This document shows, piece by piece, positions 28,745 through 38,120 of a DNA stretch of 64,000 bases. Source of the stretch: a virus (Duplodnaviria; Caudoviricetes); the IMG/VR virus record IMGVR_UViG_3300021256_002372, positions 32,001-96,000 of that record. One strand, 5' to 3'. The notes under the pieces were generated by a model. The model saw nothing but the letters and a program-made list of their open reading frames with translations. It searched no databases and had not been told where the DNA came from. The translations under genes were made by a program, and so were the position numbers. How positions within the stretch are numbered: the stretch's first letter is position 1; the number at the start of each line of letters is the position of its first letter.

Positions 28745-29633
28745 TCTTATTTCCCCGCCTTCCGATTACAAGTCCGCCGAACACCTGTCCGATAGCGATA
28801 CCATTATCCTTAGCCACAACATTAAACTGAGCTACGGATTGCTGCTGTGTAGCCGGTTCAGTAAACGGAGCTTCATAAACTTCCACTTTGGGCTGCTCTT
28901 CGTCGGTCACTTCTTCCGCTTCAACTACATCGTTCTCAGTTTTGTCCATTTCTTCCGTCTGGTCCTCCACCATGATTTCATTCTTCACTGTGAGCTTCTG
29001 CGATCTTTGAGTGCCGATATCTGCTGTGATTATTCGCGGACTGTTATCACCAGCTTCCTTAGTCCAGGCCTCATATGTATTAGCTCCTTCTTTAGTGTCG
29101 GGATGGCTGAGCAGAATATTATTCCAAACTGAAAGCAGAAAGTTTTGAAGTACGATTTCCATGACGGTATCAAGCTGTGCTTTGCTTACAATTTGACTGC
29201 CGATATCAAACTCACCGTCAATACTGTCATCTTCAAGTATGAGGTCAATCATTCCGGCTACAAGAAGTGCCATTGATGACTGGCTGAGATCAAGATACTT
29301 CTGACAGAACTTGTCCATTTCATACAGTACCGTTTCTTTCTCATTTATAAGCCGTAAATTCAATCCATTCTTATAAGCAGCATTATCAAACGGAAGATAG
29401 CTGGGGCTGTTAGGCGGACTGCCAGCCAAGTATTTTGAGAAGTACGACGCGAGTGTCTTAGGGTTGTTAGGTTGATATGCCGGATTAGCTAATTTCAGAA
29501 GATCTCGGAGCATATTTGGCTTGGTAACACCGTCTTTGCTGTCTCCGTACTCTTGCTGTGTGGTCAATGTCTGATTTCCAGAACGCAACAACAGTAGTAA
29601 AAACGTATTGCCTCTTAATCGATTCAAAGCCAA
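28737..29633 (-). CDS. Hypothetical protein: helical domain, acidic linker, C-terminal amyloid-like motif; divergent from the prophage early operon
   Basis: RLRGNTFLLLLL N-terminus; E/D-rich linker; FNVVAKDNGIAIGQVFGGLVIG at the C-terminus; TTG start behind AAAGGTG. Confidence 0.8.
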   Translation of the reverse strand: MALNRLRGNTFLLLLLRSGNQTLTTQQEYGDSKDGVTKPNMLRDLLKLANPAYQPNNPKTLASYFSKYLAGSPPNSPSYLPFDNAAYKNGLNLRLINEKETVLYEMDKFCQKYLDLSQSSMALLVAGMIDLILEDDSIDGEFDIGSQIVSKAQLDTVMEIVLQNFLLSVWNNILLSHPDTKEGANTYEAWTKEAGDNSPRIITADIGTQRSQKLTVKNEIMVEDQTEEMDKTENDVVEAEEVTDEEQPKVEVYEAPFTEPATQQQSVAQFNVVAKDNGIAIGQVFGGLVIGRRGNKNE

Positions 29634-29644
29634 TCACACCTTTC

Positions 29645-29734
29645 AACTAAATAAACAGAATAAACTGCATAAAGCACATTGCAATAAACTCAATCAATGA
29701 TTTAATAGCTTCAGAGGCGAAACCTCTGAGGCTA
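29645..29734. promoter_or_regulatory. Divergent control region with operator-like repeats and a hairpin
   Basis: AATAAAC at 29650, 29659 and 29683 (variant at 29668); hairpin TAGCTTCAGAGG...CCTCTGAGGCTA at 29706-29734. Confidence 0.5.
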
Positions 29735-29820
29735 ATTTTATTACCTCAGCTGTCTCTTTCATTATACCACAGTCTCTGTGAAAAAGCCAGAGGCAAATAA
29801 AAAAATTGGAGGAAAATTCT

Positions 29821-30264
29821 ATGAACAGTATTGAGAACAAAACACCTGCCCACCCCACCGTTTACATCTGCAGCCCCCTCCCCCCCGTTTCCACCGATCC
29901 TATCTTCCGTGCCAACGAGCTGATCGACAATCTGAAGCTCGCCAAGGACGCGGCTACGTTCGCAACGATCCGCGGCTGTGATCCGATCGCCCCGCACCTC
30001 TACTATCCGCAGTTCCTGGATGACAACGATCCGACTGAACGTCAGCTCGGTATAGAGCTGGGGCTGAAGGCGCTCAGAAGCTGTGACGAGCTGTGGATCG
30101 TAAGTAACCGGATCAGCTCCGGCATGAGCGCCGAGATCAAGGAAGCGCAGAAGTGCGGTATCCGCGTGCTGGTGTTCACGAGTGCTGGCTTTAGGGTATA
30201 TACCGGCAACGGCGACATGACAGACAACTGCCATGTTGATACCGCTGATGGCGTGATTGACTGA
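29821..30264 (+). CDS. DUF4406-like (nucleoside deoxyribosyltransferase-fold) phage protein
   Basis: VYICSP, PIAPHLYYPQFLDD, CDELWIV, SSGMSAEI; SD GGAGG. Confidence 0.8.
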   Translation: MNSIENKTPAHPTVYICSPLPPVSTDPIFRANELIDNLKLAKDAATFATIRGCDPIAPHLYYPQFLDDNDPTERQLGIELGLKALRSCDELWIVSNRISSGMSAEIKEAQKCGIRVLVFTSAGFRVYTGNGDMTDNCHVDTADGVID

Positions 30265-30325
30265 GAACGATACACACTCCTATATAAAGTAAGGACCGGC
30301 AGTGGCCGGCGGAAAGGAAATTATT

Positions 30326-31075
30326 ATGGCAAAGAAGAGAATGGGTGTTTATAATCGCGGAGTAAATGGTATGAAGAAGAACAATGTCGCAGCAAAGTCG
30401 ATGGACAAGCCGGCCTCGTTCAATGATAAGCTGTCTCTCAAAGAGCTGCTGACGTTGGTCAGCTCCACAAAGGGCGTAGCAATCCCGACCCGCAAAGCAC
30501 TGAAGGCTACATTTGAGCCGATTGCCGTCTATGTCACCCGAAACTATCAGGTTTCTATCTATCAGAACGGCTTTGCACTGGCAGAGTCCTGGAAGCGCCA
30601 TTCGGTATTTCGTGTGGACGCATGCAAGGACTATCACTATGACACGGAGCATGAGACACTTGCGAAGCAGAAGAACAGCGCAACCAAGCCGGATATCACG
30701 TTTGAGGAATTCCTCGACGAGCCGTGGCCGATACGGATTTCTCTGACCGCGGGGGACAAGCTGGAGGAGAATAACGATACGGCGGCACGCAGAGCAATTT
30801 CTGAGCATCCCGCAATTGCATCTGATGTTCAGCAGTATAATCGCTATGTTCACGGTGAATCAGTGGAAAATCAGGTGATTTGGAAGATGAGTACGTTGGA
30901 GGCACTGAGTACATTGACAGAACGGCAGCAGGAGGCGATGCTTCTTTATTATGTAGAAGGCTATACACAGCAGGAGATCGGCAGAATGCTTGGGATTTCC
31001 ACAACCGCCGTAAAAAACAGACTTGAAAGCGGACTTCAGAGAATCCGCAAGCATATCTATGCGATGATGGGCTGA
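30326..31075 (+). CDS. Sigma70 region-4 domain regulator
   Basis: C-terminal LTERQQEAMLLYYVEGYTQQEIGRMLGISTTAVKNRL. Confidence 0.8.
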   Translation: MAKKRMGVYNRGVNGMKKNNVAAKSMDKPASFNDKLSLKELLTLVSSTKGVAIPTRKALKATFEPIAVYVTRNYQVSIYQNGFALAESWKRHSVFRVDACKDYHYDTEHETLAKQKNSATKPDITFEEFLDEPWPIRISLTAGDKLEENNDTAARRAISEHPAIASDVQQYNRYVHGESVENQVIWKMSTLEALSTLTERQQEAMLLYYVEGYTQQEIGRMLGISTTAVKNRLESGLQRIRKHIYAMMG

Positions 31076-31319
31076 GATATAGCCTAAATCCATCAAAAGC
31101 AAACTAAAAAACATACTGAAGTCAGGGCGCGCACTGGCGACAGGTGCTCATATAACAGAACAGAGTTATAAAACCGGGATGGGTCTTGGATTGACCGCCC
31201 AATGTACGGGATAACTCTGTCTGCTGAGACATCTGCTGCCGTGAGCGCCTTTTTGTGGTGCTGTGCGTAGCTGCGTGAGCATCTGCCGCTGGATGTGTTC
31301 CTTGCAGAAAGGAACGATT

Positions 31320-32111
31320 ATGGAAAACAAGAATACTTTTACAGCACAGACTGCTCTCGAAATGCCCGTTGCAACTCCGACTGCGGCTTCGGTGGAACTG
31401 CAGCCGATCACGGATAAGACCACACTTGGCGCACTGCTGAAGATGCTTGATCTTACGCCGGGACAGAGAAAGCCTGATAAGACTCCCACACCGAAGAAAC
31501 TGCGCACCACAGTTGAGCCTCTTGCGAATATGCATGACTGCGTACTGTATCGTAACGGTTTCGTCTACTACAACAATGGCTGCAATCACACCGTCCTTTG
31601 GCTCCCTTACTGCGTAAGTTTCACCTACCACTTCAATCCGTTGAAGGATACAGAAAAGGACACTTTGAAAGATAAGGATGAGTTAAAGGATGGGCTGTTG
31701 GAAGAGAATCCGTGGGTAACGGCCGCTACATTAATTGCAGAGCATCGCATTGAGCACCACATGGATAACAACGCCGGTATCGGTCACGCTGACATACCAG
31801 ATTATGCCGAGGACGAGGATGAGACCAGCATAGATTCTTATGTAGCTAAGGATTACCGTTGCATGGAGTTCATGTGGCACGAGGAGCCGATTAACGTAAA
31901 TCCGCTTGATGCTGTCTGCCGCAAGGAAACCAAGGAAGAGGTTCTCGCGGCACTGACAGATAAGCAGTTCGAGGTGTTCGTGCTTCATTATCGGGATGGC
32001 TATACGCAGAGGGAGATTGCGGAACATCTTCATATTGATCAAACGACTGTCAGAGATAGAATTCGTGGTGCAATGAAAAAAATAAAAAATATTTTATCCA
32101 ATACCCCTTAA
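31320..32111 (+). CDS. Sigma70 region-4 domain regulator (paralog)
   Basis: LTDKQFEVFVLHYRDGYTQREIAEHLHIDQTTV; the N-terminal part also aligns with the previous gene (L..LL, (Y/L)Y.NGF, PW). Confidence 0.8.
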   Translation: MENKNTFTAQTALEMPVATPTAASVELQPITDKTTLGALLKMLDLTPGQRKPDKTPTPKKLRTTVEPLANMHDCVLYRNGFVYYNNGCNHTVLWLPYCVSFTYHFNPLKDTEKDTLKDKDELKDGLLEENPWVTAATLIAEHRIEHHMDNNAGIGHADIPDYAEDEDETSIDSYVAKDYRCMEFMWHEEPINVNPLDAVCRKETKEEVLAALTDKQFEVFVLHYRDGYTQREIAEHLHIDQTTVRDRIRGAMKKIKNILSNTP

Positions 32112-32140
32112 CGGGTGTCTCCCAGACTATATAGTAGAGG
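32101..32140 (+). promoter_or_regulatory. Candidate phage-sigma-dependent promoter, copy 1
   Basis: ATACCCCT-19 bp-TATATAGTAGAGG, repeated at 48487-48527. Confidence 0.6.
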
Positions 32141-32233
32141 CTCATGACAGACCTCCCGGATAAAGCGGCTGCGGACAGGCTACAGCCGCACACCGATTAC
32201 ATGGTCGAAAGACCGCACAGAAAGGAAATGTTT

Positions 32234-32644
32234 ATGGAAAACGCAAGAAACACAAAGAACCTCCGCAACGCCCGTCGCCTTTCCGCCGAGGACTGCAAGC
32301 GTTTGAACGACATGATCGTCGGCGGTGCGTACAAGCGAAACAAGCGCAATAAGCTGAACGAGATCGAGGCAGCAATGGACAAGCGTGCCGCAGATATCGC
32401 TCTTACTGTCAGCGACATGTTCAAATTCATGGCGATGTCAGCAGCGATGCTTCCGAACATGGAGCTGGACACCGGCATCATGCGTCTGAAGATTGATGAC
32501 GGCGGCGTGTTCTTCGAGATCAACGATCCGTACCGTATGCGCAAGACGATCCGCAAGGACGAGAACCGTGGTGAGGAGCCGGATGAGGCTTTCGATGATG
32601 ACTGCGATGATGAAGAGGAGGGTCTGCTTTATGACGGAGACTAA
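32234..32644 (+). CDS. Hypothetical phage protein with acidic tail
   Basis: SD AAAGGA; overlaps the next gene. Confidence 0.65.
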   Translation: MENARNTKNLRNARRLSAEDCKRLNDMIVGGAYKRNKRNKLNEIEAAMDKRAADIALTVSDMFKFMAMSAAMLPNMELDTGIMRLKIDDGGVFFEINDPYRMRKTIRKDENRGEEPDEAFDDDCDDEEEGLLYDGD

Positions 32645-33080
32645 GAAGACACCGGAACAGCTCCCGGTACAGACACAGAAGCTGATCAGCGGCATCAATC
32701 TCATCTTTGCCGGCATCGGTGAGATCCTCAGCGCAATGGAACCGGATATGGCTAAATCCCTGCAGGCGCTTGCAAGCATGGAAACTGCAAAGGATGCACT
32801 GGGCTATGAGGAGCTGCCGACCGGTGAGGACGAGCCTGCTGCTGAAGCGCCTGCACCGGAACCTGAAAAGAAGAAGGCGGCACCTAAGAAGAAGGCAGCA
32901 GACAAGCCTACGGAGCTGACAGTTGATGACCTCATCAAGGTTGTCACCGGTAAGATCAAGCAGGATCGCGCCAACAAGGAAAAGGTGCTGGGTCTTCTCA
33001 AGACTTACGGAGCCGCAAAGATCAGCGATGTTCCGGCGGACAAATACGAAGCCTTCCTCACCGACCTGTCGCAGATCTGA
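32631..33080 (+). CDS. Phage replication-module protein (type often labelled Rrp5-like)
   Basis: C-terminal LTVDDL...KVLGLLKTYGAAKISDVPADKY, in its usual position before DUF2800; start MTETKK behind GAGGAGG. Confidence 0.7.
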   Translation: MTETKKTPEQLPVQTQKLISGINLIFAGIGEILSAMEPDMAKSLQALASMETAKDALGYEELPTGEDEPAAEAPAPEPEKKKAAPKKKAADKPTELTVDDLIKVVTGKIKQDRANKEKVLGLLKTYGAAKISDVPADKYEAFLTDLSQI

Positions 33081-33089
33081 GGTGACTGA

Positions 33090-34340
33090 ATGCCGGATGT
33101 ACACGCGCTGTTAAGCGCATCCAGTTCCAAGCAGTGGCTGCACTGCCCGCCGTCAATCCGCCTGCAACAGAACTTCCCCAATGTAAGCTCCGTCTATGCC
33201 GAAGAAGGCACGTTTGCGCACGAGGTCTGTGAATACAAGGTACGCAAGTATCTGAAGGAACGGGTCAAACGCCCGCAGTCCGAGGAATACGATACTGAGG
33301 AGATCGAGCAGATCACCGATGTGTATGCGGAATTTGTCATTTCCATTATTGAGGAGATGAAGGCAAACGGCTGTGAACCGCTGGCATTTGTCGAGGAACG
33401 TGTGAATTACAGCCACATCGCACCTTCCGGCTTCGGCACCGCAGATATGCTCATCATCGGCAAGGATGCTGATGGCAAAGGTCTGCTTCATGTATGTGAT
33501 TTCAAGACGGGAAAGGGCGTGTTTGTGGATGCAGACCACAACAGCCAGATGATGCTCTATGCGCTCGGAGGTTTAGCCGCCTATGGCTTTCTGTATGATA
33601 TTGAGAACGTCCGCATGAGCATCATCCAGCCCCGTCTGGATAATATCTCTACGTTTGAGTGTACCCGTCAGGAGCTGGAGGACTGGGGCGAGAGCATCAA
33701 GCCCATTGCAAAGCTGGCATACGAGGGCAAGGGTGTGCAGCATCCCGGTGACTGGTGCCGGTTCTGCCGTGCGAAGCCCGTCTGCAAGGCTTGTGCCGAC
33801 GAAGCACTGGCGCTCTGCCGCGAGGATTTTCTCGATCTGGATGCCGGTGCGCTGGACAGCTCCGCAGAGGAAAGCGATATGACAGCACCCTATGAAGCAG
33901 ACACGGAGACCGCTGTTTTCAAGCAGCCGGGACTGATACCGCTTTCAGAGCTGGCAGAGATCCTGCCGACACTGAACCGCATCAGCTCGTGGATCGAGGC
34001 AGTCTTTGCATTCGTCAGCGGTGAAGCCATCAACCACGGAGTGCCGATTCCCGGCTACAAGGTGGTCGAAGGCCGCAGTAAGCGTATCTTCACAGATACC
34101 AAAGCTGTGGTCGATGTTGCCGTACAGAATGGCTACACCGATCTGTACAAGCAGACGCTCATCACGCTGACCGAATTCGAGAAGATGATGGGCAAAAAGA
34201 AATTCAATGAACTGCTCGGTGAGTATGTCGCCAAGCCGCCCGGAAAGCTGGCACTTGTGCCGGAAAGCGATCCGCGTGAGCCTGTTGATCTCACCGCAGC
34301 ACCCGATCAGGAATTTGCAGTCCTTCCCGATGAGGACTGA
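33090..34340 (+). CDS. DUF2800 Cas4-like PD-(D/E)xK exonuclease
   Basis: HALLSASSS..WLHCPPS, GFGTAD, DFKTGKG, QMMLYALG, WCRFCRA...C. Confidence 0.9.
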   Translation: MPDVHALLSASSSKQWLHCPPSIRLQQNFPNVSSVYAEEGTFAHEVCEYKVRKYLKERVKRPQSEEYDTEEIEQITDVYAEFVISIIEEMKANGCEPLAFVEERVNYSHIAPSGFGTADMLIIGKDADGKGLLHVCDFKTGKGVFVDADHNSQMMLYALGGLAAYGFLYDIENVRMSIIQPRLDNISTFECTRQELEDWGESIKPIAKLAYEGKGVQHPGDWCRFCRAKPVCKACADEALALCREDFLDLDAGALDSSAEESDMTAPYEADTETAVFKQPGLIPLSELAEILPTLNRISSWIEAVFAFVSGEAINHGVPIPGYKVVEGRSKRIFTDTKAVVDVAVQNGYTDLYKQTLITLTEFEKMMGKKKFNELLGEYVAKPPGKLALVPESDPREPVDLTAAPDQEFAVLPDED

Positions 34341-34362
34341 CACACAATCAGGAGGTAAATCT

Positions 34363-34947
34363 ATGGCAACCAATAACACAGCACCCGCAACCAAGGTCGT
34401 CGTTCCGTGCCGCATCTCGTTTGCGAATATCTGGGAACCTAAGAGCATCAACGGCAGCGAGGAGAAGTATTCCGTCTCCTGCCTGATCCCGAAGGAGGAT
34501 AAGGCGACGCTCGCCAAGATCAAGAAGGCGATCGAAGCCGCAAAGGAGGCGGCGAAGGAGAAGAAGTGGAACGGCAAGATGCCGCCCAATCTCAAGATGC
34601 CGATTCATGACGGTGATATCGACCGCCCCGATGACGAGAACTACGCCGGTCACTTCTTCTTCAATGCCACTTCCAAGGATGCGCCGCAGATCGTTGACCG
34701 CAAGGTACAGCCGATCCTCGATCCGATGGAGTGCGGCAGCGGTGACTACTGCAATGTATCCGTCAACTTCTTCGGCTTTGCGGCATCCGGCAACAAGGGC
34801 ATCGCAGCAGGTCTCCAGAATATCCAGCTTGTGCGCCACGGTGAGCGTCTCGCCGGTAAGCCTTCCGCTGCATCCGATTTTTCGGAGATCGAGGGCGAGG
34901 AGGAGATCGACATCTCCGCAGAGGACGATATGGATTTCCTGAACTGA
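34363..34947 (+). CDS. DUF2815 phage single-stranded DNA-binding protein
   Basis: RISFANIWEP, KYSVSCLIPK, GIAAGLQNIQ, acidic tail ending in F. Confidence 0.9.
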   Translation: MATNNTAPATKVVVPCRISFANIWEPKSINGSEEKYSVSCLIPKEDKATLAKIKKAIEAAKEAAKEKKWNGKMPPNLKMPIHDGDIDRPDDENYAGHFFFNATSKDAPQIVDRKVQPILDPMECGSGDYCNVSVNFFGFAASGNKGIAAGLQNIQLVRHGERLAGKPSAASDFSEIEGEEEIDISAEDDMDFLN

Positions 34948-35001
34948 GATGCTTTGAGGGAGGCATGTCCTCCCTTTACATATTTGCAAGAAAGGAGGCA
35001 G

Positions 35002-36963
35002 ATGGACATGCGCAGAAAGAGGCTTCAGATCGATATCGAGACCTATTCCGATGTTGATCTGGTGACTTGCGGTGTGTACCGCTATGTGGAGGGTGACTTC
35101 CATATTCTGCTGTTTGCCTATGCTTTTGACGATGAGGATGTGCAGTGCGTAGACCTTGCCTGTGGCGAACAGCTCCCGCAGGAGGTTGTGGATGCGATCC
35201 ATGACAGCAGTATCATCAAAGCCGCATGGAATGCGCAATTTGAGCGCATCTGCTTATCGAAATACTTTAACACACAGCTCAGTCCCGATGACTGGCAGTG
35301 TTCTATGGTCTGGGCGGCATCATTGTCCCTGCCGCTGAAGCTGAAATATGCTGCTTTGGCATTAAAGACCGGTGAGCAGAAAGATGATGTCGGTGAACGG
35401 CTGATCCGTTACTTTTCCATTCCCTGTAAGCCGACCAAATCCAACGGCGGCAGGACACGCAACCTCTCGGAACATGCACCGGAGGACTGGAAATTATTCA
35501 AATCCTACTGTATTCAGGATGTAAGGACAGAGCGTGATATCCGCTACCGGCTGGAGAAGTTCCCGCTGCTTCCGCAGGAATGGAACTACTACCACATGGA
35601 TCAGCGCATCAATGACAGAGGTGTCCTGATCGACAAGGAGCTGGTGCAGCAGGCGATCACCTGTGACATGATGCTTTCCGAGGAGATGACGCAGAAGGCG
35701 TATGCGCTGACCGGGCTTGAGAATCCGAATTCTGTATCGCAGCTCAAGGCCTGGCTGGAAGATCGCGGCATCGAGGTCGATTCCCTCGGCAAGAAAGATG
35801 TAGCATCGCTCATATCCGATCTGGACAAGCACAGTATAGATTCAGATGCGCTGGATATGATGAAGCTCCGCCTGCAAATGGCGAAGTCCTCTGTGAAAAA
35901 ATACCAAGCGGCGGAACGTTACATCTGTCAGGACGGCAGGGCGCACGGTTTGTTCCAGTTTTCCGGAGCGAACCGCACGCAGCGATGGGCAGGACGCGGC
36001 ATTCAATTGCAGAATCTGCCTCAGAACCACATCGCAACGCTTGATGAAGCTCGTGAGCTTGTAAAGATGGGCTGTTTCGACATGATCGAAACGCTCTACG
36101 GAAATACGCCGGATATCCTGTCTCAGCTTATCCGAACGATGCTGATTGCAAAGCCCGGACACATCTTTATCATCGCGGACTTTAGTGCGATTGAAGCGCG
36201 GGTGCTGGCGTGGCTTGCCGGGGAACAATGGCGGCTCGATGCTTTCAAATCCGGACAAGACATCTACTGTGCGTCGGCATCACAGATGTTCGGTGTCCCA
36301 GTTGTGAAGCATGGCATCAATGGTGAATTGAGACAAAAAGGTAAGGTTGCGGAGCTCGCCTGCGGATACGGTGGGGCTGCCGGGGCGCTGATCTCAATGG
36401 GTGCATTGGATATGGGACTGAAAGAGGATGAATTACCGGATATTATATCATCATGGCGTGAAGCCAATCCGGAGATCGTCAAATTCTGGTACGCGGTGGA
36501 GAAAGCCGCCATCGAAACGGTCAAAGATCACACGGAGCGAACGGTCGGCAGGATCGGATTCCGGTTTGCGGCGAACACCCTCTGGATCGTTCTCCCGTCC
36601 GGCCGCAGTCTTGCCTACATCAAGCCCAAGCTCCAACCGAATCGTTTCGGGCGTATGGCACTGACCTTTGAAGGCTTGGGTGCCAACAACAAGTGGGTGC
36701 GGCAGGAGACCTACTCGGGCAAGCTGACCGAGAACATCACACAGGCGACTGCCCGCGATCTGCTTGCCGAAGCCATGTGGAGGATGGAGCAGGCAGGACT
36801 GGATATTGTCGGACACGTTCATGATGAGGTCATTCTGGAAGTGCCGGAGGGCAGCATCACCGTGGACGAGGTCTGCGGTATTATGAACCGGAATCCGAAG
36901 TGGGCGGACGGCTTGCCTTTGGCATCCGCAGGATATACCGGACTTTGGTACTACAAATCGTAA
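35002..36963 (+). CDS. Phage family A DNA polymerase (last 3 codons replaced by the RIT insertion)
   Basis: DIETYS exonuclease motif, QLQNLP, ADFSAIEARV, KGKVAELACGY, HVHDE. Confidence 0.93.
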   Translation: MDMRRKRLQIDIETYSDVDLVTCGVYRYVEGDFHILLFAYAFDDEDVQCVDLACGEQLPQEVVDAIHDSSIIKAAWNAQFERICLSKYFNTQLSPDDWQCSMVWAASLSLPLKLKYAALALKTGEQKDDVGERLIRYFSIPCKPTKSNGGRTRNLSEHAPEDWKLFKSYCIQDVRTERDIRYRLEKFPLLPQEWNYYHMDQRINDRGVLIDKELVQQAITCDMMLSEEMTQKAYALTGLENPNSVSQLKAWLEDRGIEVDSLGKKDVASLISDLDKHSIDSDALDMMKLRLQMAKSSVKKYQAAERYICQDGRAHGLFQFSGANRTQRWAGRGIQLQNLPQNHIATLDEARELVKMGCFDMIETLYGNTPDILSQLIRTMLIAKPGHIFIIADFSAIEARVLAWLAGEQWRLDAFKSGQDIYCASASQMFGVPVVKHGINGELRQKGKVAELACGYGGAAGALISMGALDMGLKEDELPDIISSWREANPEIVKFWYAVEKAAIETVKDHTERTVGRIGFRFAANTLWIVLPSGRSLAYIKPKLQPNRFGRMALTFEGLGANNKWVRQETYSGKLTENITQATARDLLAEAMWRMEQAGLDIVGHVHDEVILEVPEGSITVDEVCGIMNRNPKWADGLPLASAGYTGLWYYKS

Positions 36964-36977
36964 GTTTACGATTTGTA
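36952..36977. repeat. Perfect palindrome at the RIT end
   Basis: TACAAATCGTAA-GT-TTACGATTTGTA. Confidence 0.9.
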
Positions 36978-37085
36978 ATATTATCGTGTACAAAAAATTA
37001 TCCTCAGCTTTTTCTGAATACGAGCAAATTCACTCGGTTTCAAAATAAAGTTGAGGATAATTATTTAAGATGAATTGATTAATGG

Positions 37086-38120
37086 TTATCTGAGGCCACA
37101 AAGTCTGGCCATTGTTTCCTCGTCATTTATGATAGAAGTAATCTCTTCCATATCTGCCGATGGAGCGGGCTGAACCCTTTCCATTGCCTCGCGCATTTTG
37201 TCTATAGATGGCAGAGCATAGATTCTCGTTGTTTCTATCTGCTCATGGCCAAGAAATGTTGCTATCATCAGAGGATCCACACCTTCCTGATAAAGATTGG
37301 TAGCTCGTTCAGCTCTGAGAAGATGCGGATACACTCGCTCTGGAAGCCTTCTTCCTTGATCTCGTAATTCATCTGAATACTTTCTGACAATTCGTCTGAT
37401 TGTTGCTGTGCTGATACGATCCAATTTGCCTTTAATAACGGTATAGAAAAGCCATCCTTCAGAATTCTCGGTGGAACATGGATGATACAGACTAATGTAT
37501 TTCCGTAAATGTGTAGCTGTATTTTTGCTTATTGCTACATCGCGCTCCTTACGTCCTTTACCATGTACATGAATGCAGAGAGTTTCAAAATTAATATCAT
37601 CGAGATGAAGAGTTGTGAGTTCCTGTACTCTAACAGCCGCATCATAGAGCAAAATTAGAATGGTACGGTCACGAATTCCGAAACGAGTTGCTGGAGGTTG
37701 AGCAAGAAGGGCTTCCAGATCCTCTTCAACAAGTAGATTCTTTTCGCGTTTAGGAACCTTCTGTGATCTTACTTTTGATACATTGAGAGCAACTGATTCC
37801 AGCGACACATCATTGTCCGCACAATACTGCACATATGTTTTAATCGCAGACAGTCTGACATTACATGTCGAAATTCCATTGCCGTTATCTTTAAGATACG
37901 CTATAAAGTCAAGAAGGAAATCTTTAGTGCAATCCTTAAACTGAAATTTCATGATAGAAATCTTACGGTAATTCACCACATATCTGCGAAATGCGGACAA
38001 GGAATCGGTATATGAACGAATCGTCTCTGGGCTTTTCCCTAACTGCTTATCTAGATAGGTTGTAAAAAAGGAGAGTGTTCTCGAAAAGAAGCAGTCCTTT
38101 CCCAATGATTTAGCTTTCAT
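37086..38120 (-). CDS. Tyrosine recombinase, RitC-like
   Basis: AVRVQE, HGKGRKER, PHLLR, LGHEQIETTRIY; start MKAKS behind GGAGG. Confidence 0.9.
   Translation of the reverse strand: MKAKSLGKDCFFSRTLSFFTTYLDKQLGKSPETIRSYTDSLSAFRRYVVNYRKISIMKFQFKDCTKDFLLDFIAYLKDNGNGISTCNVRLSAIKTYVQYCADNDVSLESVALNVSKVRSQKVPKREKNLLVEEDLEALLAQPPATRFGIRDRTILILLYDAAVRVQELTTLHLDDINFETLCIHVHGKGRKERDVAISKNTATHLRKYISLYHPCSTENSEGWLFYTVIKGKLDRISTATIRRIVRKYSDELRDQGRRLPERVYPHLLRAERATNLYQEGVDPLMIATFLGHEQIETTRIYALPSIDKMREAMERVQPAPSADMEEITSIINDEETMARLCGLR

Noticed and set aside
33090-34340. Cas4-like nuclease and WYL protein as signs of CRISPR-Cas
   Set aside because: DUF2800 is in its normal phage replication context; no cas1/cas2, effector genes or array.
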